In this document: positions 54,338-63,788 of the stretch, one piece after another
Position numbering within the stretch: the stretch's first letter is position 1
How the letters are laid out: the number at the start of each line of letters is the position of its first letter
Source of the DNA: Candidatus Nomurabacteria bacterium
Lineage (GTDB): Bacteria; Patescibacteriota; Minisyncoccia; Phycocordibacterales; UBA9973
Length of the DNA: 64,000 bases
Assembly: GCA_023267215.1 (NCBI GenBank)
Contig: JAHFNS010000001.1
Location: forward strand, 22,043-86,042
Reading direction: 5' to 3'
Notes under the pieces: generated by a model
What the model saw: only the letters and a program-made list of their open reading frames with translations
Database searches by the model: none
Told to the model about the DNA's origin: nothing
Translations under genes and position numbers: made by a program

Positions 54338-55285
54338 TTAAACAATTATGCGTATAGTTTTAAAGTTCTTTGAGTCAAGCCCTTTCATATTGATATTTTC
54401 TTTTACAAATTTAGCAGTTTCTATTTGTTGGGGTGAGTATATGTATTCTATAAAATTATCTCCATTCTTTTTCAAAACCCCTGTTCCAACTTGGAATTGA
54501 ACGACTGATGTTTTTGTTGTTCCTATTGGGATGCTAGTTCTTTTACCAAATGGAGTAGCAGATATTGAAATTCTGTCGGAGGTTTGATGATATGATCTTC
54601 TTTTACTTATAGACATATAAGCGTCATGAATAAGATGATTTTCTTCTAGATTTATCTCCTCTTTTTTGTTTGTTTTAATATTCTCCTGTATTCTTCTTAT
54701 GTCTTTCTCTGTTAATTGGGTTGTTCCATTCTGCTTTAATCTGTTTATTTGGTCATTTAAATCAGCCATAAATTCTTCCTTGGAACTATACCTCTCTCCG
54801 ACAGGACTAAAAGTAAATTTAAAATTTTCAGGCAGATAAGGTTGTATGAATTTTATTAAATCTCTAAACACTTTTTTGTATTTGTTTGTGTCTTCTTCGG
54901 GTATACTGTTCATTAATTCTAAAATTGCATCGTCACCACAAAAATCAAACCATACTCCTTCCTTATATATATCGGTTATAGGTTTAAGCCAGTAAGCATA
55001 ATAAATCATAGCAAAAAGTTCTGCCCAGTCTGGCTCTGGGCTTTCATCAAATTTCCATAATTTATATGAACCAAACGGAATGACAATTTTTATAGGTTCG
55101 TTATTTTTAATATTTAACTCTATTGCTTCACGGATTTTAGGATAAGTTTCTGGGTTTACGCTATATTTTCTAAACTTTTTTGACATTATTGTGTCATATA
55201 TAAAACCAGCAAGATTTCCTTCTTGCTTAACTTTTTTATCTTTTATGCCTTTTAATCTTTGTTCGATATATTCTTGTGCAGTCAT
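54338..55285 (-). CDS. Hypothetical protein with a possible minimal nucleotidyltransferase-like motif
   Basis: IPFGSYKLWKFDESPEPD (GS-x10-ExD) followed by FDFCGDDAI. Speculative assignment. Confidence 0.3.
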   Translation of the reverse strand: MTAQEYIEQRLKGIKDKKVKQEGNLAGFIYDTIMSKKFRKYSVNPETYPKIREAIELNIKNNEPIKIVIPFGSYKLWKFDESPEPDWAELFAMIYYAYWLKPITDIYKEGVWFDFCGDDAILELMNSIPEEDTNKYKKVFRDLIKFIQPYLPENFKFTFSPVGERYSSKEEFMADLNDQINRLKQNGTTQLTEKDIRRIQENIKTNKKEEINLEENHLIHDAYMSISKRRSYHQTSDRISISATPFGKRTSIPIGTTKTSVVQFQVGTGVLKKNGDNFIEYIYSPQQIETAKFVKENINMKGLDSKNFKTIRIIV

Positions 55286-55287
55286 AG

Positions 55288-55357
55288 AGATGTGGGTAGG
55301 AGTTGAACCTACGATTATCCCTTGCGGGGATACGCCTTACCGTTTGGCTACCACATC
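55288..55357 (-). tRNA. tRNA-Cys (anticodon GCA)
   Basis: Reverse complement: acceptor GATGTGG/CCACATC, anticodon stem-loop TATCC-CCGCAAG-GGATA, T-arm GTAGG-TTCAACT-CCTAC. C at position 33 is atypical. Confidence 0.6.
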
Positions 55358-55567
55358 GATTTTATAATATCATAAAAATGTAATATTGAAATGCTTCGCA
55401 TGCAAAATTTATGTGGTCACAAATCACTAAGTATAATTTTTTGCTATGCTCAAATTCTACGTAAGTGTTTGCCGACCCCGGCTCGGCTATTTTTCTACTG
55501 AAAAATTAGGCCTGTGCCTTCACAAATCGCTCACAAATAAAGCAGTTTATTTGCTTTGCACGATTTG

Positions 55568-55639
55568 TGACCCTACAGAGAATCGGACTCTGATTTTATC
55601 CTTGAGAAGGATACGTCCTAGCCGTTAGACGATAGGGCC
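55568..55639 (-). tRNA. tRNA-Glu (anticodon CTC), a paralog of the tRNA-Glu at 39673..39744
   Basis: Reverse complement GGCCCTATCGTCTAACGGCTAGGAC-GTATCC-TTCTCAA-GGATA...GAGTCCGATTCTCTGTAGGGTCA. Confidence 0.8.
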
Positions 55640-56023
55640 ATAAAAAGAATATAACATTTTTTGGTATATAAAAAAATGGCACGATACTTCATTTGAAGCA
55701 CCGTGCTGTAAGTTAGGAAATTAGATGAAGCCTAGTTTTGACAAAGAAGATGAGAGGTCCTTTTCATTAGTAACCTGTAGTGTTTTGATTTTTTCTTTTT
55801 GTTCCTCAGTCAGGGAATTATTTTTAAAAACCCTTTTTAAAGTCGTTCTCATTTTGAGAACCTCTCTTGAACAGCAACTAGTTTTAGCCATAACATGCTC
55901 CAAATAAATTTTTTAGAAAATTTAATTAGCGGACTCAAAGAACATTGAGTTATTGAATCCGAGTATATTATACATTACTTTATTATAAATAGCAAAGAAA
56001 TTGTGGAAAAGTCTTTTAGATTG

Positions 56024-57091
56024 CTAATCTTCCAATTTAGGTTTTTCGATAGATAGGGTAGAGAGTTCAGGTGAAGTGCCAGCAATGCGAAGGACATCTT
56101 TATCTATCTTTTTCAGTTCTTTATTTGATGCATTGTAGTGATTCACGACAGTGCCCAATGCATTACCAAGTTTGTCGTGATATTCATCAAAAGATTTTAG
56201 GTGTTTTCCTAGGTCTTCCACTTTTTTGATTATCTCTTTTGCTGATTCTTCTATTTTAAGAGCCTTGAGTCCTTGCAACACAGTTTGTAAATATGCCAAA
56301 AAAGAAGTTGGCGAAGTGATGATGACTTTATATTTTCCGGCTGCTCTTTGAATCAAATTTTCATTCTCGCTGTCGTTTATATTTGTAGCTCCGACTTTGT
56401 TTGTGAGTAGGTCATAATAAATAGCTTCATGTGGAATAAACATAAAAGCGAAATCTGTCGTGCCTTTACTTGGTTGAATATATTTTGCAGTCTCTGTGAT
56501 TCTATTTTTGAGGTCGTTTACGAAAATAGTTTCCAATTTTTTCTTTTCAGCTATGTTTTGTTCTTCAGCCATCTTATTATAATTTTCAAGAGAGAATTTA
56601 GAATCCACAGGAATTATTTTATCTTTCACGAAAACCACAGCGTCCACGATAGTGCCATCAGGAAAAGGGTATTGCATTTGATAAGATCCGGGAGGAAGAA
56701 CATTTTTTAGAACTGTTTCTAAATAATATTCACCAAGGATTCCACGTTGTTTTGGATTTTTAAGAACATCTTGCAAGCTTTGAAGTTGATCAGCAAAAGA
56801 GATGACCTGTTTATTTGTTTCGTCTAATCTCGTGAGTCTTTCTGTCACATCACGAATTATTTCATTTGATTGAGAAGAATGAAACTTCAAACTTTCTTGC
56901 ACTTGTTTATGTGATTCGCCAAGCTTGTTGTCTACTGTGCGGGAGAGTTCGTTTAATTGAGTTAATATCAAATTTAAACCTGTATCGTTTTGAGTTTGTT
57001 TTTCTTTTTTACCAAATAAAAAATAGGCCAAAAAGAACATACAGATGCTTCCAATTAAAATTCCTATTACTATCAATAATGTATTTTCCAT
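56024..57091 (-). CDS. rmuC: DNA recombination protein RmuC
   Basis: N-terminal TM helix, long coiled coil, and C-terminal RmuC nuclease-like region (DFAFMFIPHEAIYYD). Confidence 0.75.
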   Translation of the reverse strand: MENTLLIVIGILIGSICMFFLAYFLFGKKEKQTQNDTGLNLILTQLNELSRTVDNKLGESHKQVQESLKFHSSQSNEIIRDVTERLTRLDETNKQVISFADQLQSLQDVLKNPKQRGILGEYYLETVLKNVLPPGSYQMQYPFPDGTIVDAVVFVKDKIIPVDSKFSLENYNKMAEEQNIAEKKKLETIFVNDLKNRITETAKYIQPSKGTTDFAFMFIPHEAIYYDLLTNKVGATNINDSENENLIQRAAGKYKVIITSPTSFLAYLQTVLQGLKALKIEESAKEIIKKVEDLGKHLKSFDEYHDKLGNALGTVVNHYNASNKELKKIDKDVLRIAGTSPELSTLSIEKPKLED

Positions 57092-57853
57092 TTATGTTAA
57101 TTTATTTAAATAATGTTTTAATGTATAAATCCAATCTTCATCTCCAGGATTTTCTCTCTCTTTTGTATCCAAAAACCATTGTAGATAGCCACGATCTATT
57201 TTCGAAACATCTTCCACTGTCTTACCAGCGTGTTTGCCGAAAGAGAATGAATGCATTAGTGAAGGCCTAGAAGATATTTCTATCATTTTTTGAATCACTG
57301 GATCTTCTCCCTCCTGCGAAGGGGGAGTACCCTTTAGGGTGAGGGGGTCTTTTTGTGTTTCTTCTTGAATTTTTTTATACAGTCTTTCAAATAATTTTTC
57401 TAACACTAAAACATCGCCGAGTGCATCGTGTGCAGTAGCATCTATTTCTATCTCCAAAAAGTAACGAAGAAATTGGAGCTTATGCTGAGGGAGTTTGTTT
57501 TCTTTGTCTAACGCACGAGCTACACGTAATGTGCAAATGATATTTTTTGGCTTAATTCCTTCTTTTGTTATTATTGCTAAATCAAATTTTGCATTATGTG
57601 CAACTAATATTGAGTTTTTATCTTCAAAAAGAGTTTTTATCTTTTTGAATTCAGGACTTTTCTGAAAAGGCATTTTGTCTTCTACCATTTTGTTTGTGAT
57701 GTGGTGCACAGCAGAAGCTTCTGCTGGGATCTTTATTTCTGGTTTATATAATTCACAAAATATTTCATTATTAGTTTTATAAGCTAATTGACACAAGAAA
57801 TCTGTACTGTCTACTCCTGTCGTTTCCGTATCAAAAAATATAATCTTTTGCAT
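57092..57853 (-). CDS. DnaQ-like (DEDDh) 3'-5' exonuclease
   Basis: FFDTETTGVD (Exo I), HNAKFDL (Exo II) and HDALGD (Exo III). The C-terminal extension contains GC-rich hairpins at 57305..57348. Confidence 0.7.
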   Translation of the reverse strand: MQKIIFFDTETTGVDSTDFLCQLAYKTNNEIFCELYKPEIKIPAEASAVHHITNKMVEDKMPFQKSPEFKKIKTLFEDKNSILVAHNAKFDLAIITKEGIKPKNIICTLRVARALDKENKLPQHKLQFLRYFLEIEIDATAHDALGDVLVLEKLFERLYKKIQEETQKDPLTLKGTPPSQEGEDPVIQKMIEISSRPSLMHSFSFGKHAGKTVEDVSKIDRGYLQWFLDTKERENPGDEDWIYTLKHYLNKLT

Positions 57854-58046
57854 TAGTATATTTTAACATATTTTGTTATAATTTAGTAAGAATATTGTTT
57901 TTAGAAAGTCTTGCGCAGGAGCTTAGAAAATAAAAGCAGTACTCTGCTTATTATTTTCTTGAGTGACGAGCAGTTCGCTGGTAAAGCTTTACCAGATAGA
58001 TTGCTTTATAAAAATAATATTTTACTAAATTATATAAACACACAAT

Positions 58047-58496
58047 ATGCTACATGAAAAAATAAAAAATAGTATAAAAGAAGCAATGTTGGCAAAAAAT
58101 GCAGTTTTGCTGGAAACTTTGCGTGCCATGGTCTCTGCTTTTACTAATGAGTTAGTTTCCAAAAATAGAAAACCAAATGAATTTTTGAATGATGAAGAAG
58201 TTTTGACTGTTATCACTCGCCTTTCAAAACAGAGAAAAGATTCTATTGAACAATTTAAAAAAGGGAATCGCGAAGATTTAGTCAAAGTGGAAGAAGCGCA
58301 GCTTGCTATACTGGAAACTTATTTACCAAAATTGATGGAAAAGAGTGAAATAGAAAAAATAGCTAAGAATAAAAAAGAAGAATTGGGTATTAGTGATGTT
58401 GCAAAGAAAGGAATGTTGATGCAAGCTTTAATGAAAGATTTAAAAGGTAAAGCAGATGGTGGAACAGTGAAAGAGGTTGTAGATGCATTATTTTAA
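58047..58496 (+). CDS. GatB/YqeY domain protein
   Basis: LKEAMLAKNAVLLETLRAMVSAF...LSKQRKDSIEQFKKGNREDLVKVEEAQLAILETYLP. Confidence 0.8.
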   Translation: MLHEKIKNSIKEAMLAKNAVLLETLRAMVSAFTNELVSKNRKPNEFLNDEEVLTVITRLSKQRKDSIEQFKKGNREDLVKVEEAQLAILETYLPKLMEKSEIEKIAKNKKEELGISDVAKKGMLMQALMKDLKGKADGGTVKEVVDALF

Positions 58497-58501
58497 TCTA
58501 T

Positions 58502-59125
58502 ATGTACACAGTCAAATTTTTAACTACCCTCGTAGAACATCATCAAATATTAGCCTATGCTATTATTTTTTTAGGACTTATTCTTGAAGGAGAAGTCGTC
58601 GTCATTACGACGGGTGTTTTGGCTTATCTAGGGGCGCTTGATTTTTGGCTTTCTCTAACTCTTATTTTTGCTGGTAGTTTTGTAAAAACTTTTGTACTTT
58701 ATTATTTAGGAGAACAAATGAATAAGAAATTTAGTCAGAGTAGATTTTTTCAATATGTTGAGAGAAGAGTTCTTTATTTTATGCCACGATTTAAACAAAA
58801 ACCTTTTTGGTCTATTTTTTTGTCAAAATTTATTATGGGAACAAATTATTTAGTAATTATTTTTTCTGGATATAATAGAATTAAATTAAAAACTTTTTTA
58901 AAAGCAGAAATCATTTCGACTATCATCTGGGCACCCGCTCTTTTATCTTTGGGATTTTTCTTTAGCCAGACAGCTATATCTGTCAGTAAAGAAATTAGCA
59001 AATTTTCCATGGTTATATTTATTTTAATCATAGTATTTTTGCTTTTTGATAAGATCGTTTCTTCCTCTTATACTTTTTATGAATATTTAAAAAATGGCAT
59101 TAATGGAAATGGACACAAAGAATAA
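58502..59125 (+). CDS. DedA/SNARE-associated family membrane protein
   Basis: Polytopic. LEGEVVVITTGVLAYLG core. Confidence 0.6.
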   Translation: MYTVKFLTTLVEHHQILAYAIIFLGLILEGEVVVITTGVLAYLGALDFWLSLTLIFAGSFVKTFVLYYLGEQMNKKFSQSRFFQYVERRVLYFMPRFKQKPFWSIFLSKFIMGTNYLVIIFSGYNRIKLKTFLKAEIISTIIWAPALLSLGFFFSQTAISVSKEISKFSMVIFILIIVFLLFDKIVSSSYTFYEYLKNGINGNGHKE

Positions 59126-60014
59126 TAAAATTAAATTAGTCACACACAATGGGTCTTTCCATGCAGATGATATTTTTGCAGCGGCCACGCTTTCTTTGTT
59201 ATTAGAAAAAAAGGGGAAAGCTTTTGAAATAATTCGCACACGAGATATTGAAACTATAAAAGCAGGGGATTATGTTTTTGATGTAGGTGGAATATATGAT
59301 GAAAGTATAAATAGTTTTGATCATCATCAGAAAGAATTCAACAAAAAAAGAGAAAATGGCATTATGTATTCTTCTTTTGGTCTTGTTTGGAAAAAATTTG
59401 GTAAAGAACTAACTGAATCAGATAAAATTGTTGAATTAATAGACAAACATCTTGCCGCTCCGGTGGATGCATCGGACAATGGTTTTGATTTAGTTGAAGC
59501 TAAATATGATATTTTACCGTATTTTATTCAACATTTTTTTTCTTCAATGCGTCCCACTTGGCGTGAGACTAATGTGACGAATGACGAAAGATTTTTAGAA
59601 TGTGTGAAAATTGCAAAAGTGGTTTTATCTAGAGAAATTATTCAAGCCAAAGATTCTGTTTTGGCGGAAGAAAAAGTAATATCAATCTATCAAAATGCAA
59701 AAGATAAAAGAATAATTGTTCTAGATGAAGATTATCCATATCAAGATATTTTAGACAATCTTCCAGAACTTTTATTTATTATTTATCCTAGAAACAACGA
59801 TGATCTTTGGGGGGTGCGAGCTGCCAGAAAAGATAAAACAACTTTCAAAAATAGAAAAGATTTTCCGGAGGGTTGGGCTGGACTTCGAGACCAAGAATTA
59901 CAAAAAGTGACAGGAATATCTGATGCTGTATTCTGCCACAAAGCACTTTTCTTAGCTGTTGCGAAATCTAAAGAAGGAGCTTTCAAATTAGCAGAATTAG
60001 CACTTTTAGTATAA
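59094..60014 (+). CDS. MYG1/UPF0160 family metal-dependent hydrolase
   Basis: THNGSFHADDIFA...IIRTRD...DVGGIYDESINSFDHHQKEF. Confidence 0.65.
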   Translation: MALMEMDTKNNKIKLVTHNGSFHADDIFAAATLSLLLEKKGKAFEIIRTRDIETIKAGDYVFDVGGIYDESINSFDHHQKEFNKKRENGIMYSSFGLVWKKFGKELTESDKIVELIDKHLAAPVDASDNGFDLVEAKYDILPYFIQHFFSSMRPTWRETNVTNDERFLECVKIAKVVLSREIIQAKDSVLAEEKVISIYQNAKDKRIIVLDEDYPYQDILDNLPELLFIIYPRNNDDLWGVRAARKDKTTFKNRKDFPEGWAGLRDQELQKVTGISDAVFCHKALFLAVAKSKEGAFKLAELALLV

Positions 60015-60053
60015 AATTAAGAAAATCAAAAATTTTGGTTTTCTTAATTTTAT

Positions 60054-61085
60054 ATGGCTTTTATAGATGAATTAAAAATATATGGGGAAGCGGGAACCGG
60101 TGGAAACGGCGTTGTTCGTTGGCGACAGGAAAAATTTGTGCCAAAGGGTGGGCCTGCAGGGGGCGACGGTGGCCGTGGTGGCGATTTTTATGCGAGAGCA
60201 GTGCGCGATGTGCACGTACTTTCTAAATACAAAGCAAAGAAAAGTTTCTATGCTGAAAAAGGCGAGGACGGCGGGAACAAAAGTCTGCATGGTAAAAAAG
60301 GGGAAGATTTCTTTTTAGAATTGCCTATCGGTTCCATCATTACAAACTTAGATACAGATGAAAAATGGCAGCTTTTAGAAGAAGGGCAAGAAGTTTTGCT
60401 TTTGAAGGGTGGCTATGGTGGATTTGGTAATGAACACTTCAAGAGTTCGACGAATACTAGCCCGAAAGAATGGCGTCCTGGAGAAACAGGTGAACGCGGT
60501 AATTTTCATATTGAGCTTGAACTTTTTGCAGACATAGGGCTTGTGGGGCTTCCAAATGCTGGTAAGTCATCATTATTGAACGCAGTAACGAATGCTGATG
60601 CAAAAGTGGGGGATTATGCTTTTACGACACTAGACCCCAACCTAGGAGACTTTTACGGCTATACAATAGCAGACATTCCAGGACTCATAGAAGGAGCAAA
60701 TACTGGCAAAGGTCTCGGTGTGAAATTTTTACGACATATCAAACGTACAAAAATGATCGCGCATTTGGTGTCATTTGAAAATTTGTCCAAAGGTTCAACA
60801 GGTATGATGAAAGTTTATAAAGAAATAAGAAAAGAACTCGAAAAATATGATAAAAATTTAGGCTTAGGAGACGAAGGACTTTCTCAAAAAGAAGAAATAA
60901 TAATTCTTACGAAAGCTGACACAGCAGAAGATCAAAAAATTATTGATAAAAAAGTGACAGAGTTTAAAAAATTAAAAAAGCTTGCCCCGGCCAGCAAAGG
61001 CGGGGTATTTGTGCTTTCTTTGTATGACGATAAATCTGTGAAGAAATTCAAAGACGAATTAGTGAAAATTTTAAGTAAAAAATAA
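60054..61085 (+). CDS. obgE: GTPase Obg
   Basis: Gly-rich Obg fold (GGNGVVRWRQEKFVPKGGPAGGDGGRGGD) and G-domain ADIGLVGLPNAGKSSLLNAVT. Confidence 0.9.
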   Translation: MAFIDELKIYGEAGTGGNGVVRWRQEKFVPKGGPAGGDGGRGGDFYARAVRDVHVLSKYKAKKSFYAEKGEDGGNKSLHGKKGEDFFLELPIGSIITNLDTDEKWQLLEEGQEVLLLKGGYGGFGNEHFKSSTNTSPKEWRPGETGERGNFHIELELFADIGLVGLPNAGKSSLLNAVTNADAKVGDYAFTTLDPNLGDFYGYTIADIPGLIEGANTGKGLGVKFLRHIKRTKMIAHLVSFENLSKGSTGMMKVYKEIRKELEKYDKNLGLGDEGLSQKEEIIILTKADTAEDQKIIDKKVTEFKKLKKLAPASKGGVFVLSLYDDKSVKKFKDELVKILSKK

Positions 61086-61353
61086 AAAATGGAGACATTT
61101 AGTTATATCTCCATTAATTCTTTGTCATTATATTAAATGACATATCAGGAACATTAATATTCCTGTTCCCAACAGCCAACATCCAAGAATTATCTGCTGT
61201 CTTTTTTTAGAAGACAAATGTGGCTTTTTTGTTGGTAAATATAATGCTTGCAACATACTATCCTCCAGTTTTTAAATTAATCACATAGATCTCTCTGTTA
61301 TTTATCATACTATTTTTATTTTTTTAGTCAACCTATTAGTAATCGGGTTTATT

Positions 61354-62799
61354 TTGTATAATAAACACATGGCTAAAAAATACTATCCTACAATCGGGCT
61401 CGAAATACATGCAGAATTGAAAACGCAGACGAAAATGTTTTGTGGTTGCAAGAATAATCCTGATGAAGAGAAACCAAATGTAAACATTTGTCCTGTCTGT
61501 ATGGCACATCCTGGGACATTGCCTGTGATAAATAAAAAAGCTATTGAAAATGTTATTAAAGTTGGCTTGGCTATCGGTGGCACGATTGCAGACTTTACAG
61601 AATTTGATCGTAAAAATTATTTTTACCCAGATATTCCGAAAGGTTATCAGATTTCTCAATACAAATATCCGATAGTTTCTGGCGGGCACCTCGCAGGCTT
61701 CGACATCACTCGAGTGCATCTAGAAGAAGATACAGCAAATAACAAACACGATAGAGGGGATTTCTCATTAATTGATTTCAATCGAGCTGGCGTACCTTTG
61801 ATGGAGCTCGTGACAGAGCCAAATACTTTCGATGAGGCAGATGTCGCTGCGAAGACCACTTCGAATTTTGCAAAAGAACTTCAGCTTATCCTTTGGTATC
61901 TCGGAGTATCAGAAGCAAACATGGAAAAAGGTGAAATGCGTGTGGAAGCAAATATTTCTGTTTCAGAGGATAAAAATAAATTAGGTACGAAAGTTGAGGT
62001 GAAAAATTTGAACTCTTTCAAGAGTGTTGAAAAAGCAATTAAGTTTGAATTGGATAGAATGATAGAGCTTCACGAGAGTGGAAAGGGAGAAGAAATAGTG
62101 CAGGAGACTCGGGGCTGGGATGAAAGCAAACAGAAAACATTCTCTCAGAGAAAGAAGGAGTCTAGTCATGATTATAGATATTTTCCAGAGCCAGATTTAC
62201 CAAAAATGTTTTTGCACGAAGCATTTCCATTAGAAAAAATTAAAAAAGAACTAGGGGAGTTGCCTGTCGAAAAACGTACAAGATATAAGAAAGATTTTGG
62301 AATAAAAGATGAGGATATAGAAAGCTATATTAATGATAAAGAATTAGGTGTTTGGTTTGAAGAAGTTGCAAAAATGTTAGATAGTGGAGATAAAACAAAA
62401 ATAGCATCAAATTACATAACTTCTGACTATATGGGTCTCAAGAAAAACAACTTGGAGGCCTTGCCTCCAAGTGCTAGAAATTTTGCAGAACTTATAAATT
62501 TAGTGGCAGATAATAAAATTTCATCTCGCGTAGCGAAGGATATTTTAGCGATGATTATTTTGAAAGACGAGTCACCACTTCAAATTGCGACAGAAAAAAA
62601 TTTATTACAAAAAAATGATGAAGGATCAATAAAGATAATTGTAGAAAAAATAATCAATGAAAATCCTGACGTAGTCTCTATATATAAAGGAGGTAAAGAA
62701 AATGCTATAATGTCTCTAGTTGGTAAAGTTATAAAAGAAAGTAATGGCAGCGCAAATCCTAAAATGGTTATTGAAATGCTAAAAAATTTATTAATTTAA
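61354..62799 (+). CDS. gatB: Asp/Glu-tRNA(Asn/Gln) amidotransferase subunit B
   Basis: YYPTIGLEIHAELKTQTKMFCGCKN...CPVCMAHPGTLP. The start is probably at MAKKYY (61369). Confidence 0.9.
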   Translation: MYNKHMAKKYYPTIGLEIHAELKTQTKMFCGCKNNPDEEKPNVNICPVCMAHPGTLPVINKKAIENVIKVGLAIGGTIADFTEFDRKNYFYPDIPKGYQISQYKYPIVSGGHLAGFDITRVHLEEDTANNKHDRGDFSLIDFNRAGVPLMELVTEPNTFDEADVAAKTTSNFAKELQLILWYLGVSEANMEKGEMRVEANISVSEDKNKLGTKVEVKNLNSFKSVEKAIKFELDRMIELHESGKGEEIVQETRGWDESKQKTFSQRKKESSHDYRYFPEPDLPKMFLHEAFPLEKIKKELGELPVEKRTRYKKDFGIKDEDIESYINDKELGVWFEEVAKMLDSGDKTKIASNYITSDYMGLKKNNLEALPPSARNFAELINLVADNKISSRVAKDILAMIILKDESPLQIATEKNLLQKNDEGSIKIIVEKIINENPDVVSIYKGGKENAIMSLVGKVIKESNGSANPKMVIEMLKNLLI

Positions 62800-62811
62800 A
62801 TTTCTAACAAG

Positions 62812-63672
62812 ATGATAAAAAGTCTACGTGAATATATTAAAGAAGCGGAAGAAAAAAAAGTAGCTATTGGGCACTTTAATATTTCAAATTTAGAAGCTTT
62901 ACATGGTATCTATAATGCAGCTAAAAAACTAAATGTACCTATAATAATTGGTCTTTCGGAAGGAGAAGAAGGTTTTATCGGTAAAGAAGAAGCTGTGGCT
63001 CTTATTCATGCAGTTCGAGAAAGAGATAATTACCCGATATTTTTGAATGCAGATCATCATTATAATTTCGAAAAAGTAAAAGAAGCATTAGATGCCGGAT
63101 ACGATTCTGCAATTGTTGATGCTGTTCAATTACCATTTGAAGAAAATATTATACTTACTAAAAAATGTGTAAAATATGCCAAGAGTTTAAATAAAGATGT
63201 ACTTATTGAAGCAGAGCTTGGTTTCATAGGCACTTCTTCAAAACTTTTAGATAAAATTCCGGATGGAGTCGGGGAAGAAACAATGACAAAAGTTGAAGAT
63301 GCAGTATATTTTGTAAAAGAAACCGAGATTGATTTACTCGCACCATCTGTCGGAAATGTTCATGGAATGGTGAAGGGAGGAAATCCAAAGCTTGATATAA
63401 ATAGAATAAAAAAAATTAAACAGGTTTGTGATGTGCCGCTTGTTTTACATGGTGGTTCTGGAATCTCAGATGATGATTTTAGAGAAGCCATAAAAGCTGG
63501 AATTTCTATTATTCATATAAATACAGAAATTCGTGTTGCTTACAAAGAAGCATTAGAAAAATATTTAAAAGATAATCCAAATGAAGTCGCACCATATAAA
63601 ATATTACAACCTGCCGTAGATGCTATAGAAAAAGTCGTAGAAGCAAGATTAAAATTATTTAATAATTTATAA
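62812..63672 (+). CDS. fba: Class II fructose-bisphosphate aldolase family protein
   Basis: VAIGHFNISNLE, LNADHH, LEAELGFIG, LVLHGGSG. Confidence 0.8.
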   Translation: MIKSLREYIKEAEEKKVAIGHFNISNLEALHGIYNAAKKLNVPIIIGLSEGEEGFIGKEEAVALIHAVRERDNYPIFLNADHHYNFEKVKEALDAGYDSAIVDAVQLPFEENIILTKKCVKYAKSLNKDVLIEAELGFIGTSSKLLDKIPDGVGEETMTKVEDAVYFVKETEIDLLAPSVGNVHGMVKGGNPKLDINRIKKIKQVCDVPLVLHGGSGISDDDFREAIKAGISIIHINTEIRVAYKEALEKYLKDNPNEVAPYKILQPAVDAIEKVVEARLKLFNNL

Positions 63673-63788
63673 TAAATAAAATGTATTTTCAAATATTCAA
63701 TATCATTAAAAATTTTTTGCACTTGGTTCAAATCTTTTTGGATTAGTTAGTATTCTAATATTCTATAGAATTATAGAATAGATAAAAT

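Noticed and set aside
60100-60220. GC-rich segment at the 5' end of obgE
   Set aside because: It encodes the canonical glycine-rich Obg fold (GGxGGxGG repeats). The composition is explained by conserved protein sequence.
61142-61170. Mutually exclusive hairpins (CAGGAA...TTCCTG versus GGAACA...TGTTCC) after obgE, as a possible attenuator
   Set aside because: The stems are short (6 bp), there is no associated leader peptide or downstream regulated gene on that strand, and there is an obvious -10 box for gatB further downstream. Probably a simple terminator region.
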